The notes under the pieces were generated by a model. That model saw only the letters and a list, made by a program, of their open reading frames with translations. It made no database searches and had not been told where the DNA came from. A stretch of DNA of 63,812 bases, the filler included, from Octopus bimaculoides (lineage: Eukaryota), in assembly GCF_001194135.2 (NCBI RefSeq). It is 5 parts of 4 records of this genome, joined end to end, with 100 filler letters (N's around TTAATTAATTAA, not from the genome) between each part and the next. Parts side by side here need not be neighbours in the genome. Positions count along the whole stretch, not along the records: positions 1 to 26,052 come from NC_068994.1; 4 more parts are not named here. The stretch is one strand, 5' to 3'. Shown piece after piece: positions 1 to 12,585 of the stretch; position 1 is the stretch's first letter; the number at the start of each line of letters is the position of its first letter. Both the position numbers and the translations under genes were made by a program.

Positions 1-233
1 GGCACATAAAAGACACCATTTCGAGCGTGGCCGTTTTCGTGCGGGTGACACGTAAAAGCACCCACTACACTCTCTGAGTGGTTGGCGTTAGGAAGGGCAT
101 CCAGCTGTAGAAACTCTGCCAAATCAGACTGGAGCCTGGTGTTGCCATCCGGTTTCACCAGTCCTCAGTCAAATCGTCCAACCCATGCTAGCATGGAAAG
201 CGGACGTTAAACGATGATGATGATGATGATGAT
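1..233 (+). mobile_element. Family C element (RTE-type 3' tail, SINE or LINE 3' end), CpG-rich copy
   Basis: gagtggttggcgttaggaagggcatccagctgtagaaa ... catggaaagcggacgttaaac followed by (gat)n; the same tail follows the RTE ORF at 38094-38267. Confidence 0.8.
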
Positions 234-487
234 ATATATATATATATATATACGTATAAATGTAAATATGTATATATGTATGTATATATATATTATTTAT
301 ATTATAATATATATAGTTTTAGGTCCTGGTAAGGTGTAACGTTAGGGTATTTCCAGAGAAGCACTCAACATGAATACTGGGCTATCAACACTGTTGGGTT
401 CCAAGCAATTGCTGGAATTCCTCACATATAGAAAAGCCTTGTTTCATGATGATCACACAGTAAAGTGGGTTTGGCAGAGAGTAAATA

Positions 488-944
488 ATCCAAATAATAA
501 GAAGAAGACAAAGAAAATTCTTTAACACATCTTTAATGATTTGTTACAATTGTTTCGGCACCAATTCTGCTTGCAACGCCAGTTTAGGCAAAAATTCAAA
601 GTGAAAATTTCTGTAATGTTTGAGGTTTTAGATATTAGAGAGGCACTTCATTGGACTTGCATCAAAGGTGTGCTGTCATATTGTGCATCTTTCAGACCTT
701 TTTTTTTTTGGCTTCTATCAGGAGGAAATAAAAAGCAAGGTCTGGAAGATGCACAATGTGACAACACACCTTTGATGCAAGTACAATGAAGAGCCTCTCT
801 AATATCTAAAACCACAAACATTACGTAGATTTTTACTCTGAACTTTTGCATAAACTGGCATTACAAGCAGAGTTGGTACAGAAACTATAATGAACCATTG
901 AAGATATGTTAAAAGAATTTTCTTTGTCTTCTTATTATTTGGAT
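488..944. repeat. Long foldback (about 220-bp inverted arms, ~16-nt loop), probable MITE/foldback element
   Basis: 488-709 is the reverse complement of 726-944, roughly 80-85% identical by eye; ORF track shows near-identical peptides on both strands (VLDIREALH.TCIKGVLS). Confidence 0.9.
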
Positions 945-950
945 ATATAT

Positions 951-1221
951 ATCATCATCATTGTTTAATGTCCACTTTCCATGCTAGCATGGGTTGGATG
1001 ATTTGACTGAGGACTGGCAAGCCAGAAGGCTGCACCAGGCTCCAATCTGATCTGGCAGAGTTTCTACAGCTGGATGCCCTTCCTAATGCCGACCACTCCG
1101 AGAGTGTAGTGGGTACTTTTACGTGCCACCGGCACAAGGACCAGTCACACGGTACTGGCAACGGCCATGCTCAAAAAGGTGATTTTATGTGCCACCTGCA
1201 CGGGAGCCAGTCCAGTGGCAC
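951..1221 (-). mobile_element. Family C element
   Basis: (atc)n + tttaatgtccactttccatgctagcatggg ... ggatgcccttcctaatgcc = reverse complement of 1-233. Confidence 0.8.
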
Positions 1222-1261
<40 letters not shown>

Positions 1262-1666
1262 NNNNNNNNNNNAATTTAGTAATAAAATTAGAATATTCAA
1301 ATGAAAATTATTCAATTGTGGTAAGAAGCTTGCTTCCCAACCACATGGTTCCAGGTTCAAACACACTGTATGACACCTCAGCTAGGACCCTCAAAACTGG
1401 ATCCAAAAAGGACAAAGGATTGTGTCTCAGCCAATTAAGGCATTAGCCATCAGTTCAGTCTCCTGAACTAAATGTTTCTAAAAATAAGAATGGAATTGAC
1501 TTGAAAAACATCCAACTGGAATATGGGTTAATGGCTTAAAGGTAATTTTCTTTCACCCATTTTCTGTATAATTAGTAAAAAATTTAACAGTCCACAAGCT
1601 TTAGATAACTTTCAGATAACTAATTTAGTAATAAAATTAGAATATTCAAATGAAAATTATTCAATT

Positions 1667-1806
1667 GTGGTAAGAAGCTTGCTTCCCAACCACATGGTTC
1701 TGTGTTCAGTCCCACTGTCTGGTACCTTGGGCAATTGCTTTCTATTGTAGCCTCAGGTCAACCAAAGCTTTATGAGTGGATGTGGTAGATGGAAACTGAA
1801 ATAAGA
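1667..1806 (+). mobile_element. Family A tRNA-derived SINE, 5' part
   Basis: gtggtaagaagcttgcttcccaaccacatggttc...ccttgggcaa...gatggaaactgaaa. Confidence 0.8.
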
Positions 1807-2243
1807 CTGTCAACTATCTAGTACATTCTTTTCTAAGACAATGGATAGTGGATCTCTTGTTGACAATATTAAAAGAAATTATATTTAATGTGAAAATAGC
1901 TGTTCTAATCAACTAAAAAATCTCCATTGTGTCAGATGTAACATGCTGAATAAATGTTAACAGATGGAGCATTTACCTATTATAATTATTTGAAATATAG
2001 ATATAATGGAAAAGATAATAAAGCCTAACAAGCTCCACTGGAATATCTCTTTAATCATATCATAACAATATGATTATTTAACAATAATCATATTATTAAG
2101 ATTTTACTTGCCTTCAAAAATGTTTCAGATATTGAACTGAAACCTCATCTGCTCATGAAATCTTGGTATACAGTTTAAGATTTATGGCTCCGAAGCTCTT
2201 CCAGTGTTGATAAATTTTGCCTGACTGAAGATTCAATCTCTTT

Positions 2244-2277
<34 letters not shown>

Positions 2278-2429
2278 CCTTTTTTTAACTCAACGTCAAA
2301 CGTATTGCTACACTAATTCAAAGGTATTCAGTAGATGATGGCAACTTCATATGAAGTGAAATATCTAATCAAAAAGAAGATATCATAAAACTAAGTAACT
2401 CATCAGGGAGAGCTTAAGCTGATGTAACA

Positions 2430-3260
2430 ACAATTGAAAATCACATATGATGCCTTGTCATTGCTCTCTCAACCATTAAGAACACAAATTCTTCTTGATT
2501 CATATCCAGTGCCTGTCATTGGTGAAGCAAGGTCAGTATGAAACGTATGTATTACATAGTTTTTCAAGCCTTGTGACAATTGTATCAGTCAGTATACTAG
2601 CTTCTGTTTGGTCTTACAGAAGCAGTGGCAAGTTTTCCATCAGTGATAAACCAAATTATCTAGTAGAATTATCTTGAGTCTTCTACTTAGATTTAGATGA
2701 CATTATTGTATACGATAACTCTTATTGAATGTCAGGGCAGAAATTTAGAGATATTTTCTATTACGAGGAAGAGATTTTAATCTCCTCTGTTATTGCATTC
2801 AAGAGGACAAGATAACATCTGATGCTCATAGACTGTTTTTTTCTTAAATGTCTTAAAACTCTTGAAGCTAAAGAAGGAACCCGAAAAACATCATCAACAA
2901 GTCTATCAGAAACATGTCACCCATTTGAAGTAACAAAGAGTCTTAAAGAAATGCACCACTTTCTTTATTCCTGAAGATTCTGTAGCTGTTGCTTTTGAAA
3001 TTATTGAAATTGATATAGAAAGATACTTGCTTTATGCTACCGGTAACTTCAGGTCATTCATCATTGAGACTGATGCACCTGACATTAGCACAAAGAGGTT
3101 GTCCTGTTATTTTTTTCTTTTCCACTCTTTCTAAAAGTCAATAGTTGTATCCTTCTATTGAGAAAAGAGTTGTTGCAATTATTGTGTGCTTTTGTAAATG
3201 GCTACATTATCTTCAAATAGAGATGCTCTATCATTGCCACAAACCTACAACCACTTATTC
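2430..3260 (+). mobile_element. Decayed Ty3/Gypsy LTR-retrotransposon pol relic (RT + RNase H)
   Basis: Manual translation gives ordered motifs LLDSYPVPVIGE (~2491), LDDIIVY (2693-2713), FIIETDAPD (~3058) and IEKRVVAIIVCFCKWLHYL (~3160-3210), with stops and frameshifts; no LTRs found. Confidence 0.7.
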
Positions 3261-4086
3261 TCTAGCTACACAAAAACATTTATGACGTATAATAACCAAA
3301 TTAATCTCAAGAATTATAAGTATAATAAAATAGACAATGACTGTATATAACAATAGCAAAAAAAAAATTACTGTCTTGCGAGCAGATGCATGTCTGCAAT
3401 CAATAGAGAAATACAGAGAGAGTAAATAAGGAAGATGAATAACAAAAACCAAGTATTCAACACTGTTACTGCATTTGAACATTGATATACTGGCTTCACA
3501 GAAGATCAAATTATTTCTGATCTAAGTAATAAATAAAACATAAAAATGAATTTAACAAAAATAAATTAAAATACACAAAGAAATTCGGTAATCATCAATA
3601 ATGGAGATATGCTTTTGTACGGTGAATATAAAGTTACATGGGAACATATATTAAAAGGTTGTTTCGCAAATACTCTGTAATGCATTCAGGCCATAAGCTG
3701 GTAAATAAATCCATTATTGGAGTTGTACCTGTATTTTCCTGTAAATGATTTATTTAGTTAGTTTATATTGCAATTTGTGAACAATAGCATTGTTGGTTAC
3801 AGGTTTCCAACTGGCCAATCAATCGTTCAATATAAATTCTGACAATGGGAGTGGCAAGGAAGCCTCTCTGATCTGGTGCAGCAGAGTTTGTTCTTATGAA
3901 GGAATAGGCTTGAAGAACAGCTTCTTTTAAATCCTTTGTTGATATAAATAAAAAGAAGCAGACGGATATGTGTATGCCTACACCCCTCCCCCACCACCGT
4001 ATGTATGTATGTATGTATGTATGTATGTATGTATGTATGTATGTATGTATGTATGCATGTATGTATGTATCTATCTATCTATCTAT

Positions 4087-4335
4087 ATCATCATTTAATG
4101 TCCACTCTCCATGCTGGCATGGGTTAGATGGTTTGACTGGAGCTGATAAACCAGAAAGCTGCATGGGGTTCCAGTCTGATTCGACATGGTTTCTATGGTT
4201 GGATGCCCTTCCTAATGCCAACCACTCCAGGAATGTAATGGGAGCTTTTACGTGTCACTGGCATGGGTGGCATTTACAGGACACTAGCAAGGACCACAAC
4301 TACGATGCACAGGTGCCATTTACATGGCACTGGCA
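4087..4335 (-). mobile_element. Family C element
   Basis: atcatcatttaatgtccactctccatgctggcatggg...ggatgcccttcctaatgccaacc. Confidence 0.75.
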
Positions 4336-4679
4336 TATACCACATGCGTGCACATACTGAACAGCGAGAATGAGTGCTCAGCACTGCATTGGTGGATAGA
4401 TATTCTTTATTTGTGGGTTAACAAGGTTACCAATGGTTTCATGCAAAGAGGAATCTCTTACAACTATCAAGCCTTCCACATGGGATCCGTAATATATGAT
4501 GGGCTTCCATACAGTTTTTATCTATTAAATTGCTTCTGCGATTCGATTTTGCAATTTACATAAGAAAAATGGTTTTATAACTACAACATGTTATCACTAA
4601 CAGATTATATATATAGATTATATATTATATATTTTATACATATATATTTCACTATTTTGTTTAAACATCTATTACTTAT

Positions 4680-4689
<10 letters not shown>

Positions 4690-4733
<44 letters not shown>
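4690..4733. repeat. (AG)n microsatellite; a second tract lies at 4995-5040
   Basis: Direct reading. Confidence 0.95.
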
Positions 4734-4735
<2 letters not shown>

Positions 4736-4991
4736 TGTGTGTGGAAAAAGATAGAAGAGAGAGTAAAAACGAAAATAATGGAGAGTGATGTGGACAAGAG
4801 AGGGGGGGTGTGTAAAGAAGAATGCTTAAACTCTTATATCAATAGTATACAGATTAGTGTGAGAATCCATTAACAGAGTGGCTAGCATTTATTGCTCTCC
4901 AGAAGCTGACATTAAGCACACAGCAGCTAAAGTATTGATAAGACTTCTAATGGGTGTAGCACTACCCGGAAATGCAGACCCACTACTCAAC

Positions 4992-5043
<52 letters not shown>

Positions 5044-5159
5044 TCAGACTAGTTGCATACAGTACCCATATTAGATTTCAACTTTACATCTGCAAAATGG
5101 TTAAAAATATTTCTTAGATAACAGCACAAATAATAATAATAATAACAATAATTTATAGC

Positions 5160-5300
5160 ATAGGCAGAGTGCCACAAATTTTAGAATGGGGTAGAGTCAA
5201 TTAGACTGACGCCAGTACTTGACTGGTATTTATTTTATTTGTTGTGGAAGGTCTGAAAAGCAAAGTCAACCCCAGGAAGAGTTGGACTTATGACATACAC
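5160..5300 (-). mobile_element. Family B SINE, degraded 3' part
   Basis: Similar to the reverse complement of the family B tail (gactgacgccagtacttgactggtatt...gcaaagtcaacc). Confidence 0.55.
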
Positions 5301-5511
5301 AAGTACAATTACCACTTCAGCAATGTAATTACACACAGGCTGTTGGTGATTTCTTTTCCTTCTTTGGACTTTTTCCTTTCTCCTTTCCAACAAAGAGCTA
5401 TGTTCAAAACAGCAAACTCTCTCTTTTCACTGAGTATCAAGCTGACACTTTCCTTGTGCACATCCTCTTGTCCGTTAATTTTATTTGTTTATTTGAATTG
5501 ACAGTTACTAA

Positions 5512-5725
5512 ATATTGGCTTCAAATTTCGTCACAAGGCCAGCAATTTTAGGGGAGAGGGTAAGTCGATTACATCAGCTCAAGTGTTCAACTTGTACTTA
5601 CTTTATTGGTCCCTAAAGGATGAAAGGTAAAGTTGACCTTGGTGGAATATGAACTCAGAACACAAAGACAGACAAAACGCTGCTAAGCATTTTCCCTAGC
5701 ATGCTAATGATTCTGCCAACTCTCC
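5512..5725 (-). mobile_element. Family B tRNA-derived SINE, CpG-decayed
   Basis: aaggatgaaaggtaaagttgaccttggtggaatatgaactcagaac...gctaagcatt...gattctgccaactc. Confidence 0.8.
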
Positions 5726-6097
5726 GTCTTATAATTACTAAATATTACAAGACATTTTAGTGCAGTTTATGGCTTTGAGGTAATTATAAGCTAAAAATGT
5801 ACACACACACACACACGTGCGCACTTGCATGCACATACATATCCCGACATGTGTAAACTCTACTCCATGTATGATTTCAGTTTTTGTTTCACTTGGCAAT
5901 CGAAATACATATACATAAATTGTAAATAAATCTACAGGCTTAAAAATAAAAATACAATTTAGTCTTAATGCGCAAAAGACTTCATGCTTGTCATTTAGAA
6001 ATTCATCAAGAATATTTACTAAGTCCCTTATACAGAGAAAGATTTGAAGTTTAAGCAAGGGTTTTTATTTGTTCAGGCTGAAAGTGGCTCATATATC

Positions 6098-6512
6098 TTT
6101 TATTTTTACTTGTTTCAGTCATTAGATTGTGGCCATGCTGGGACACTACCTTGACGAAATTTTAGTTGAATGACTTGACCCAATACTTTTTTTTTTAAAG
6201 CCTCATGCTTATTCTATCAGTCTCTTAAATTAATCACTACGTTACGAGGATGTAAACATACCAATACTGGTTGTCAAGTGGTGATGGTGGTGACAGATAC
6301 AAAGACATGCACACACACACACACACACACATATATACATATACTACACAATGGGCTTTTTTCAATTTCTGTCTACCAAATCCACTCACAAGGCTTTGAT
6401 CAGTCTGAGGCTAGAATAGGAGACACTTACTCAAGGTGTTATGCAGTGGAACTGAACCCGGAACCATGTGGTTGGGAAGCAAGCTTTTTACCATACAGCC
6501 ATGCCTGCACCT
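6098..6512 (-). mobile_element. Family A SINE, near full length
   Basis: Tail tttacttgtttcagtc, internal (CA)n, head ending ccatacagccatgcctgcacct. Confidence 0.85.
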
Positions 6513-6792
6513 ATATGTTTATTAGTACAAGCATTTAAATTTATTTACAACTTGTCCTTGGGCACACTGCCTCAGTACTTTAGTTTATACAGATTCTAGC
6601 AGAAATAGGAAGGACAAAAGGCATTCTTCATAGTGTCCGTTCACCCATCTACTGGGAATAGGTACCAGATGATCTGAGAATGTTATATGTGATAGAAAGG
6701 TGTTTGTATCTAGGAAGAGAGATTAATCTTTCATTATTCTACATCGTAAAACCTGATCTTGAGGATTGGTCCTTAAAAATCCTGTAAGTTAA

Positions 6793-7007
6793 CCTTTTCA
6801 CTACCATATTTCTGTTGAAATACACAACTTCTGTTTCATTTAATTTTGAAAATAAGTAATTTGTTAAACTTTGCCAGTATTAAGTGGGTATCTGGAACAT
6901 ACATAATCATGAAATTTTAGTGGAAGGTTCTAATTTAGATCACTTGAAAATGGGAAGTTTCTATCATGGAACTAAGCATGGTTTCAGGCAGGTTGGTATC
7001 AAAAGGG
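6793..7007. mobile_element. piggyBac-type MITE (family H)
   Basis: TTAA at 6789-6792 and 7008-7011; TIR ccttttcactacc / ggtatcaaaaggg; homologous copy at 10525-10756. Confidence 0.75.
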
Positions 7008-7174
7008 TTAAATCAAGAAGCTGTGTGTGTGTAAGAGAGAGAGAGAACATGTTTCAAGTTTGAAATTAAAACTGAAGATCTAACATCCTAAGATGCATTT
7101 TAAGTGATACAATGATGTTTTATTTTGATCATAGTTTTCATTAAGATTCAGAAATAATCAAAATGTTAAGACAT

Positions 7175-7470
7175 GGGCTTTGAATGTAGAAGACGTGTAG
7201 AGTGGAGAGAAATTAAGGTAGTATGCTCCATTGGATGTGCAACATCAGTGCAAATGTACAGCAAAGTGCAAATGTATTGAGAGAAAAGTTGGGCATAAGA
7301 GGAATCAAATGTAGCATACAAGAGAGAAGGCTATGTTGGTTTGGCGATGTGATGTGTATGAATGAAGACAACTGCATAAAGAAGTGCTGATCATTGAAAG
7401 TGGATGGTACCTGCGGAAGAGGGAGACCCAGGAAGACGTAGGATGAAATGGTTAGGCCTCATGGAGGAAA
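7175..7470 (+). mobile_element. Decayed RTE-clade LINE ORF2 C-terminus
   Basis: Translates to MLHWMCNIS...LREKLGIRGIKCSIQERRLCWFGDV...VDGTCGRGRPRKT, continuing the RTE ORF seen at 48600-48690. Confidence 0.75.
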
Positions 7471-8186
7471 TGATGATGATGATTACAATTGTTCCAAAAC
7501 TAATCATAACACTAAAAGTAAAGAGAATTATGGCTCCAGTCAAAGCAAATGTAAAGGTTTTGATGACAGAGAATAACTAAAGCTTAAGTGGATATTAGGA
7601 GCAGAAGCAATGGAAAAGTAAGGTTAGCAATTGAAGATGCAGGAGATGGAATCTGAATGAGAGGTATTCGTAAAGTGAGTGATAGATAAAGGTAGAAGTA
7701 AAATCATATTTCTGCTGTTTATTCCTTTATTGTACTACTTCTAAGGTACTGTTAGTAGTTGGTTTCATTAAAAAAAGGAAGAGAAATTCTTATCAAAGTT
7801 CTACTAGTGTCTGTAGAGTTATTGTTATGACAATCTTGGCAAGTAGCAATTCAATTTACATCAGAAATTCTCATGCCTCCAACAAATAAATGCTGTAGCT
7901 TGAAAACATCAAAATTCATTAAAATAAACATGAAGATAAACAAACATAAAGCAACATGAAACAAGAAGAAAACTCAAGTGCTGATAGGTGTTTAGATTAA
8001 TATACTGGAAGGCATATTTATAGATCAACTTCATGTAGAAAAGTAGTAGTAGTATTGTTTGGTGAATGTGGCTGGATTTCTGAGGAAAAGCCATATTGCT
8101 GTTATAAATAGGCTCACAATAATAGTTTCAGAAAGAGAGGATATACCAACCATAACTATAAAGTAGCTGAGAGTCTGCTGCAATGT

Positions 8187-8223
<37 letters not shown>

Positions 8224-8734
8224 ACAGCAGGGTATTCTTTTGACGTCAGTACACATATATCAAGGATGGCCTTTCATGTGTATGCTTATTTCTGTATTCT
8301 AAGAACAAAAAAGAGCTTGTCTTCTTTATCTACTTTTTTCATTTTTATCATTTATTGTTGTTGATGAGAGAATATGAACATATAGTTTATACAAAGCTTC
8401 TCAAATATTGTCATCAATGCTAAAGACTTAAGGCTGAATTTTTGAAAATCATAACATTCTTTTATTAGTTTTATATTTTTTTTTAGAGTAGTTTTATTCC
8501 ATTAAGCTGTGAAGCACAAAAAAAAAAAAATCCGAAAGAGACAAAAGAACTAAATTAAAATGGTCAAATGGATATTCTGTTGGACATATGTCTCTCTCCG
8601 TCTCTTAAAAAAGAGCACTCAAGTATATATTTTATCATAAACATGACCATGTTTTAATGTAATTTCTACATCAGATTTGAAAGAAAAATTAATTAGTTCT
8701 TTATTAATCTTTTCATTTCTTTTATCTTTTACAC

Positions 8735-8912
8735 ATTTTAGTCATTGGACAGTGGCCATGCTGGAGCACTGCATTGAAGGGTTTAATCAAATAAATTAAC
8801 CCCAGTACTTATTCTATCAAGCCCTTTCTGCCAAACTGCTAAGTTATGAAGGATTTAAACAGACCAATACCAATTGTCAAGGGGAGATGGGGATAAACCC
8901 ACACACACACAG
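8735..8912 (-). mobile_element. Family A SINE, 3' part
   Basis: gtcattggacagtggccatgctggagcactgc...gctaagttatgaagg. Confidence 0.7.
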
Positions 8913-8934
8913 TGGATATGATTTTATTTAATAA

Positions 8935-9270
8935 GCACAAGTGTGGCTATGTGGTAAGAAGTTTGCTTCCCAACCATGAGGTTCTGAGTTCAGTTCCACT
9001 GTGTGGCCCCTTGGGCAAGTGACTTTTACTATAGCCTCAGATTGACCACAGTCTTGTGGATAGATTTGGTAGACAGAAACTGAAAGAAGCCAGTTATGTA
9101 TATACATAAGTTTGTGTGTGTTTGCCCTCCCCCATCACCATAAGAAACTGACAGAATAAGTACCAGGCTTTAAAAAAAAAGATAAACACTGGGTCAATTT
9201 GTTAGGAAAACACCCTTCAAGGTGGTGCCCCAGCAAGGCCACATACCAATGACTGAAATAAGTTTAAAAA
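8935..9270 (+). mobile_element. Family A SINE, near full length
   Basis: gtggctatgtggtaagaagtttgcttcccaacc...aatgactgaaataag. Confidence 0.8.
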
Positions 9271-9508
9271 AAGACAATTTAAAAGACTGGCTTATAGTTC
9301 TAGGCTTTAGCTTTTTAATACTCCAAAACCAATAAAAGAATTACTATAAAATTATTTACCATTTGGTCTTGAAAATGTTCACTAAATTTTGATTAATAAA
9401 TTAATTAAACTGACAGTGTCATTGCTGAAAACGAGCCAATCAAGAACACCCAATGATATCTATCTACATACCCATCTAATCTACCCTTCAATCCTACTCA
9501 GCCCATAA

Positions 9509-9714
9509 CTCCTTAGCATTTAAACTGGCAATATCTGGCTAAAATATTCTACCCGTTTTATGCTCAAACTGGCCAGACCTACCTTACAATTTCATTCTAA
9601 GAATTAACAGTTAGCTTATCAAAATCTCAAAGCTAAAAGGTAATCAATGATTATTTCAAAACAATATGAATAAATAAACATTACTTTTGACAGAATAATG
9701 TGAATGCTAAAGCA
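9509..9714. mobile_element. piggyBac-type MITE (family I), reverse orientation
   Basis: TIR ccttagcatt / aatgctaaag with degenerate TTAA flanks; reverse complement of copies at 17133 and 19445. Confidence 0.7.
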
Positions 9715-9960
9715 TTAAAGTTGTTGCCTACCCCTCCATCCCCATACTCCTGCAAATCCCCACCCACTCACATTCCTAATTCTGTTGTCCTCTACATTTC
9801 TACTCACCCCTCGTAACTTGAAGGTACCACCCATGACTTGCAGCTCCTACTCATCATTCCCACTCTCCCTCTCTCTGCCTCTCTCCCCACTCCATCTATC
9901 CCACCACCAAAGGTTAGCCCTTAGGTTTTGAAGTTTTTCGAGTTATATGGCAACTTCACT

Positions 9961-10158
9961 AGAGCCAGTGCTTCATAAAAAAGCACCCTGTACATGCTGT
10001 AAAGTGCTTGACATTAGGAAGGGCATCCAGCCAAAGAAACCATACTGAAGCAGACACCATAGTGCAATGCAGTCCTTGAACCCATCGGGTACTTTCAAAC
10101 TGCACAACTTCATATGCCAGAATGGAATACAAATGTTGAATGGTGATGATGATGATAG
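9961..10158 (+). mobile_element. Family C element
   Basis: aaaagcaccctgtacatg...attaggaagggcatccagcc...(gat)n. Confidence 0.7.
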
Positions 10159-10242
10159 TGATAAAGATATCTATCAACAAGCAAAAGAAAGATCCTATTC
10201 CAGTTGCTGACATTCTAGTTCAATATTCTTGAATTCATTTAC

Positions 10243-10320
10243 TTTTGCACTACATTCAACCGGCTGTCTGTGGCCTTGAAATAATTCCTTAGTGTGACAA
10301 CATGATACGAATTGTATTTT
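10243..10320 (-). CDS. Candidate internal exon of an unidentified gene (KIQFVSCCHTKELFQGHRQPVECSAK in phase 0)
   Basis: Acceptor ttttgttattttag, donor AAA|gtaaat, 78 nt, two open frames, non-repeat sequence retaining CpGs; no homology check possible. Confidence 0.3.
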
Positions 10321-10524
10321 CTAAAATAACAAAACCAAGTAATCACTAGAGCCAACATACAGTGTAGCCTAATTAAAGCAGCAATGCAACAGTGCAGCAG
10401 CTCATTGACAGAGTCCCAGTAGAGAGTGGAACTCTGTTTATGTATAAACAACTCAATGACTCACAGTTACTCAGTTGTTTATACATAAGGTGAAAGAAGT
10501 TACCTAGGGATGCCATCTGCTTAA

Positions 10525-10756
10525 CTGTTTTGTTACCATATTTCTATCAACGTATGCTGTCTTTGTTTCAATTAATTTTTAAAATAATGAAGAATTTAGT
10601 AAATTAACTTTCTCATTATTAAACTGGGGTCTGGAACAAATTAGCATAAAATTTTGATGGAAGATTATAATTTAGACCACTTTAAAACAGTAAGTTCTAT
10701 GACATAAATATGTCATAGAACTTGGGGCTGTCTCAAGTAGTTGGGTATCAAAAGGG
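10525..10756. mobile_element. piggyBac-type MITE (family H)
   Basis: Homologous to 6793-7007; TTAA at 10521-10524; ends ggtatcaaaaggg. Confidence 0.75.
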
Positions 10757-10959
10757 TAAGATAACAAATAGTTGTGTCCTTGTTTGAATTGTTAGAGTAC
10801 ATAATATTCAGCTGCAACCAGACCACACATTACAATGAGCTTCAACATATAAGTACTGTACCAGTAATCTGGTACTTAATATGAGATATAATAGTCTAAA
10901 ATAAATATCATGCGAAATTTCTCCTCCCACAACCAGTGATTCTCCTGGCTATTTTTATT

Positions 10960-11309
10960 CTTTTATTCTTTTACACGTCTCAGTCATTTAACTGTAACCA
11001 TGATGGAGCACCGCCTTAAAGGGTTTTAGTCGAAGAAATCAACCCCAGGACTTATTCTTACAGGGATGTAAACACACCAACATCGAGTGTCAAGCAATTG
11101 TGGGGGACAAACACAGGCACAAAGACACACACAGGTAAATATATATGACAAGCTTATTTCAGTTTCTGTCTACCAAATCCACTCACAAGTCTTTGGCCAG
11201 CCTGAGGCTATAGTGGAAGAAACTCACCCAAGATGCCACACAGTAAGACTGAACCTGGAACCACGTGCTTGGGAAGCAAGCTTCTTACCACACAACCATG
11301 CCTGCACCT
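10960..11309 (-). mobile_element. Family A SINE
   Basis: cagtcatttaactgtaaccatgatggagcaccgcc...ccacacaaccatgcctgcacct. Confidence 0.8.
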
Positions 11310-11962
11310 ATGTCAATTTTATTTAATATTAATATTATATCAATTTTTATATTGATTTTGATTATTCATTTTTTCTCTAGGAGCAAGGTCAATTTTATAA
11401 CGAACAAATTATACTCAGTTGAATTAACACAAGTACAAAGGTAAAAGCTATACATCACATTTTATCAATCCTAAAAGGGAGAAAGGAGCAAAAGTTAAGC
11501 CCCATCTGTATAGAGTTAGTAAGAAGAAAATTTTAGTCTTTTCATACTTGGATGAATTCAAGTCCTAAATAACATCTGAATGAATACTAAGCTGCTTTGT
11601 CATTGTTTAACTTTAAAAAGTTTTCTAAGAACAGATGTTTTTAATGAAAACAAGCTGAAACATCCTTTCTGTCTTGGATTAAAACAGTATGCATTACAGT
11701 ATCTCTGCAGGCATCTCAATGTCAACTCTTTCGCAAATGGAGCAATTTGTGTTTTATTTAGAAGTCAAATATCAGCAAATCAAATTTCAAAAGAAATCAA
11801 TATCTGATGATTTCTTATTGGTCTTTATATATTTAATTTCTTTTATTGCAGTAATGGAGAGAAAAAAATAGTAGCAAAATGAGATCAAAAGTATTAATTT
11901 GAAATCTGTATTCTTTTTTTTATGCGTATTATGGCTAAGTAAATTATTATTAATAAAGCACA

Positions 11963-12190
11963 GAGCTGGTAGAATCATTAGCATGCTGGGCAAAATGCTT
12001 AGCGGCATTTCATGTTGCTATATTCTGAGTTCAAATGTCACCGAAGTCGACTTTGCCTTTCATACTTTCAGGGTCAATAAAATAGTTAACAGTTGAGCAC
12101 TAGGGTCGATGTAATTGACTGGTCCCTTCCCGTGAAATTTCAGGTCCTTTGCCTATAATACAAAGGATTATTATTATTATTATTATTATG
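11963..12190 (+). mobile_element. Family B SINE with (att)n tail
   Basis: A box tggtagaatca, B box gagttcaaatgtc, tail aaaggattattatt. Confidence 0.85.
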
Positions 12191-12200
12191 ATTATTATTA

Positions 12201-12366
12201 TGCATGGCCTAGTGGTTAGAGTGTCATACTCACAACCATGGTTTCAATTCCTAGACCAAGTAGTGAAATAAGTACCAGTTATGCACTGGGGTCAACATAA
12301 TCGACTAGCCCCAATCCCCAAAATTTCAGGCCTTGTGCTTGTAGTCAAAAGGATTATTATTATTAT
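12201..12366 (+). mobile_element. Chimeric SINE: E/F/G-type tRNA head joined to family B 3' half
   Basis: Head tggcctagtggttagagtgtc...ggtttcaattcc, then aataagtaccagtt...gggtcaac...aaatttcaggccttgtgc...(att)n. Confidence 0.65.
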
Positions 12367-12367
12367 T

Positions 12368-12585
12368 GAGCTGGCAGAATTGTTAGCGCTATGGATGAAA
12401 TGCTTAGCGGTATTTTACCTGTCGCTACCTTCTAAGTTCAAATTCTGCTGAGGTTGACTTTACCTTTCATTTTTTAGGGGTCGGTAAAATAAGTACCAGT
12501 TGAATACTGGGGTCAATGTAACCAACTCATCCCCTCCCCCAAAACTGCTGCCGCTGTGGCAAAATTTGAAACCATTATTATTATT
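12368..12585 (+). mobile_element. Family B SINE
   Basis: gagctggcagaattgttagc...agttcaaattctgctgaggttgactttacc...gaaaccattattatt. Confidence 0.85.

Noticed and set aside
150-170. CUGAGGA...GAAA on the minus strand of a family C copy
   Set aside because: Only 5 nt between the boxes, so no stem II; not conserved in other family C copies
1273-1700. 79-bp exact direct repeat (1273-1351 and 1622-1700)
   Set aside because: The first copy starts exactly at a gap edge; probable mis-join, cannot be trusted without reads
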